A DNA stretch of 64,000 nucleotides from Synechococcus sp. (GTDB lineage: Bacteria > Cyanobacteriota > Cyanobacteriia > PCC-6307 > Cyanobiaceae), in NCBI GenBank assembly GCA_047284725.1, contig JBJBEO010000001.1, positions 512,001 through 576,000 of the forward strand, written 5' to 3'. Position numbers and translations under genes: made by a program. The notes under the pieces were generated by a model that was not told where the DNA came from, did not search any database, and worked only from the letters and a program-made list of their open reading frames with translations. Of the stretch, positions 62,014 through 64,000 are shown one piece after another (the first letter of the stretch is position 1; the number at the start of each line of letters is the position of its first letter).

Positions 62014-62136
62014 TGATGCTAAGGATCCAGCCGACGGGGAGCTGCTGTTGATGCCTCGGTCGCGTGACGTCCAGGGTGCTCAGGGGCACTCTCGTCGTGG
62101 TGCGTCGCGCGCTGTGATGCTTGGCGTGGGCGTTGT

Positions 62137-62733
62137 TCAGTCAGCGTTGAACGGAGTGGCCCATCCTTCCCTGGTTTCCTTGTTGAAGGGAGGCCGCCAG
62201 GTTTGGATCAGGTGCTGCTCCAGTTGGCGTCGAGCCCTCGTGGCTTGGGGGACATCACCCCAGAAGCGGATGCTGGGCTGGCTGTTAAGCCCGGCGCTGC
62301 TGAGGGCTTCGCCGTAGGCCGCCAGGTAGGTCTTGCAGTCGTGGTCACCTTTCCAGCGGCGGTCTGCCGCCAGGGTTTCGCCCACATACAGCAAAATCGG
62401 GTTTGGTAGGTGATCGGGCCTGTCCATCACCAGGTAGATCGCGGCCCCTTGATGGGGGCTTTGGGGCCAGCGCCAGAAGCTGAGGGGAAGGGGCTGTAAA
62501 CGCAGTGGCTGCAGGTCGCTGAAGAGGGGTGTGGTTGGGGCGAACAGTTGGGCTTGGGCAGCCTTGGCTGGCTTCCCAGCAAACAGAGGCTCTTGATACT
62601 GATGAATCCGGCTCTGCCAAGTGCGCAGCAGGTCAGGGCTCAGGCTGAGCTGTTCATCCAGCTGTGATGGGTGGTGCTCATCGCTGGGTTCGAACCGAGC
62701 GAACAGATTCCCCTGACGCGCTGATGCAGCCAT
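62137..62733 (-). CDS. GIY-YIG-like conserved cyanobacterial protein
   Basis: AIYLVMD..LLYVGET..RRWKGDHDCK..PPFNKE. Confidence 0.8.
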   Translation of the reverse strand: MAASARQGNLFARFEPSDEHHPSQLDEQLSLSPDLLRTWQSRIHQYQEPLFAGKPAKAAQAQLFAPTTPLFSDLQPLRLQPLPLSFWRWPQSPHQGAAIYLVMDRPDHLPNPILLYVGETLAADRRWKGDHDCKTYLAAYGEALSSAGLNSQPSIRFWGDVPQATRARRQLEQHLIQTWRPPFNKETREGWATPFNAD

Positions 62734-62734
62734 C

Positions 62735-63316
62735 TCAGGGGTGCGGCGGCAGGCTGGGACTTGGGCGCCGCTCACCAAAGCGCACTTTGCCGAACAGCTG
62801 CTCGACGGCTTCGGGGGGAAGGCAGAGGCGTTCCTGCAGATCCGCAAGGTTGTCGAAGGCCCTGCGGTTGCGTTCCTGGAGCAGTCGAGACAGCCTCGGC
62901 TCCGGCCAGAGAAGCGTTTGTTCGAGTTCCAGGCGGGATGCTGCATTCAGCTCCAGAGGGCTGGGCTCCGGCAGTGGTGAAGCGTCGCCATGCCAGTGGA
63001 ACACCAGGTGGGGCCTCCATTGCTCCGCCTGAAGGGAGGGAAGTTCGAGCAGCTGGAACAGGTCGTCGGCCTGGCTGAACTGCACGCCTGCGCGCTGCAG
63101 ACGCAACAGCACATCCACCATGGCTTCACTGCATCCGGGAAGTTGCATCCATTGCTCTGCCGTGGCGCGGTTGACGTCGAGACTCCATCGCGGGGCGGCA
63201 GGAGGAGGAGCGGAAGGCCGAGGCGATGGAGCCTGAATCTTGACGTCGTTCGGCAGCTCACCGACGGCCTGGAGCACTTTCCTGGCCAGTGGATCCAACC
63301 AGTGACCGGGGGCCAT
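62735..63316 (-). CDS. ComEA-like helix-hairpin-helix DNA-binding protein
   Basis: LDVNRATAEQWMQLPG, LELNAAS. Confidence 0.8.
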   Translation of the reverse strand: MAPGHWLDPLARKVLQAVGELPNDVKIQAPSPRPSAPPPAAPRWSLDVNRATAEQWMQLPGCSEAMVDVLLRLQRAGVQFSQADDLFQLLELPSLQAEQWRPHLVFHWHGDASPLPEPSPLELNAASRLELEQTLLWPEPRLSRLLQERNRRAFDNLADLQERLCLPPEAVEQLFGKVRFGERRPSPSLPPHP

Positions 63317-63388
63317 CAGGATCGATGTAAATGAGCTGACCTTAACGACTGCAGTAGCGGATGGCTTTGCCCTGAGGCTTGCGCTGCC

Positions 63389-64000
63389 TCAGCGGCTCCA
63401 GGGGGGTGCGCTGCTCGGCAGCTCCACAAGCCCCTGCTCAAAGGCTGCGACGACGGCTTGGGTCCTGTCATTCACGTTCAACTTGCGCAACAAGCTGCTC
63501 ACGTGGCTTTTCACCGTGTCGGTGGACACCGTGAGGGCATCGGCGATGTCGTGATTGGTCATGCCTTTGCAAAGGCCTCGCAGCACATCCTCTTCGCGAA
63601 GGCTGAGGGGGGCGAGAGGACCGGTTTCAACGGTGCCGGGACGTCTGAGGCGACCGTGGCTGAGCACGCCGCTCGCCACGTGATCGAGGTAGGTGCCATC
63701 GGTCTCGATGGCGTTCAGCGCGGCGAGCACCGTACCGCTGCCTGTGAGTTCAGCGGCACAGATGCCATCACACCCACTTGCAACGGCATCAAGGATGGTG
63801 CGCACTAGGGGCCTGCGCACCACTAGCAGAGTCTTGAGATCAGGGAGGTGCTGTCGCGCCTGACGCAGCAGGCCGGTCGCGCTGCCTTGTTCGAGCCGAT
63901 CCGTGCAGATCAGAAGACCTGGTCGCCCCTGGTGGATGTGATGGAGCAGTTCTTGTTCTGTGGTGGCAGCGCCCACCAGTGGTCCCAGTCCCTCCAGCCA
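63389..64000 (-). CDS. NarL/LuxR-family response regulator (5' end beyond window)
   Basis: LSLREEDVLRGLCKGMTNHDIA..TVKSHVSSLLRKL..DRTQA. Confidence 0.9.
   Translation of the reverse strand, partial: WLEGLGPLVGAATTEQELLHHIHQGRPGLLICTDRLEQGSATGLLRQARQHLPDLKTLLVVRRPLVRTILDAVASGCDGICAAELTGSGTVLAALNAIETDGTYLDHVASGVLSHGRLRRPGTVETGPLAPLSLREEDVLRGLCKGMTNHDIADALTVSTDTVKSHVSSLLRKLNVNDRTQAVVAAFEQGLVELPSSAPPWSR

Overview
A ~60% GC picocyanobacterial chromosome segment whose gene content and order look like marine Synechococcus. Two core-genome arms flank an accessory island. The left arm (1-24.0 kb) carries groEL, secG, gpmI, pyrR, ftrV, an Hsp70-like gene, rpoZ, murD, tRNA-Val, serA, prmA, petF, psbV, rnz, spoIID-like, nagB and an oxoprolinase. 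The right arm (41.9-64 kb) carries yebC, truB, rpmA/rplU, kaiABC, nblS, purD, purC, bamA-lpxC-fabZ-lpxA-lpxB, msrA, pepA, a comEA-like gene and a LuxR regulator. The ~17.8 kb island (~24.05-41.85 kb) has no recognisable integrase or transposase. Its cargo includes a divergent c-di-GMP module (solute-binding protein, intact GGDEF cyclase, and degenerate GGDEF with intact RxxD), an APH/choline-kinase-like enzyme, a thermonuclease lipoprotein, an RTX-like protein, a Doc toxin-antitoxin pair and many small ORFs. The island appears built on a recurring scaffold. That scaffold has a ~125-nt four-hairpin element in three copies with conserved stems and variable loops, a ~29-bp motif in five copies, and repeated small-gene modules, with different cargo genes between the conserved blocks. 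One site is present both empty and filled (the RTX gene sits between ~30-bp direct repeats). All assignments are by eye from sequence and motif memory; no database searches were run.
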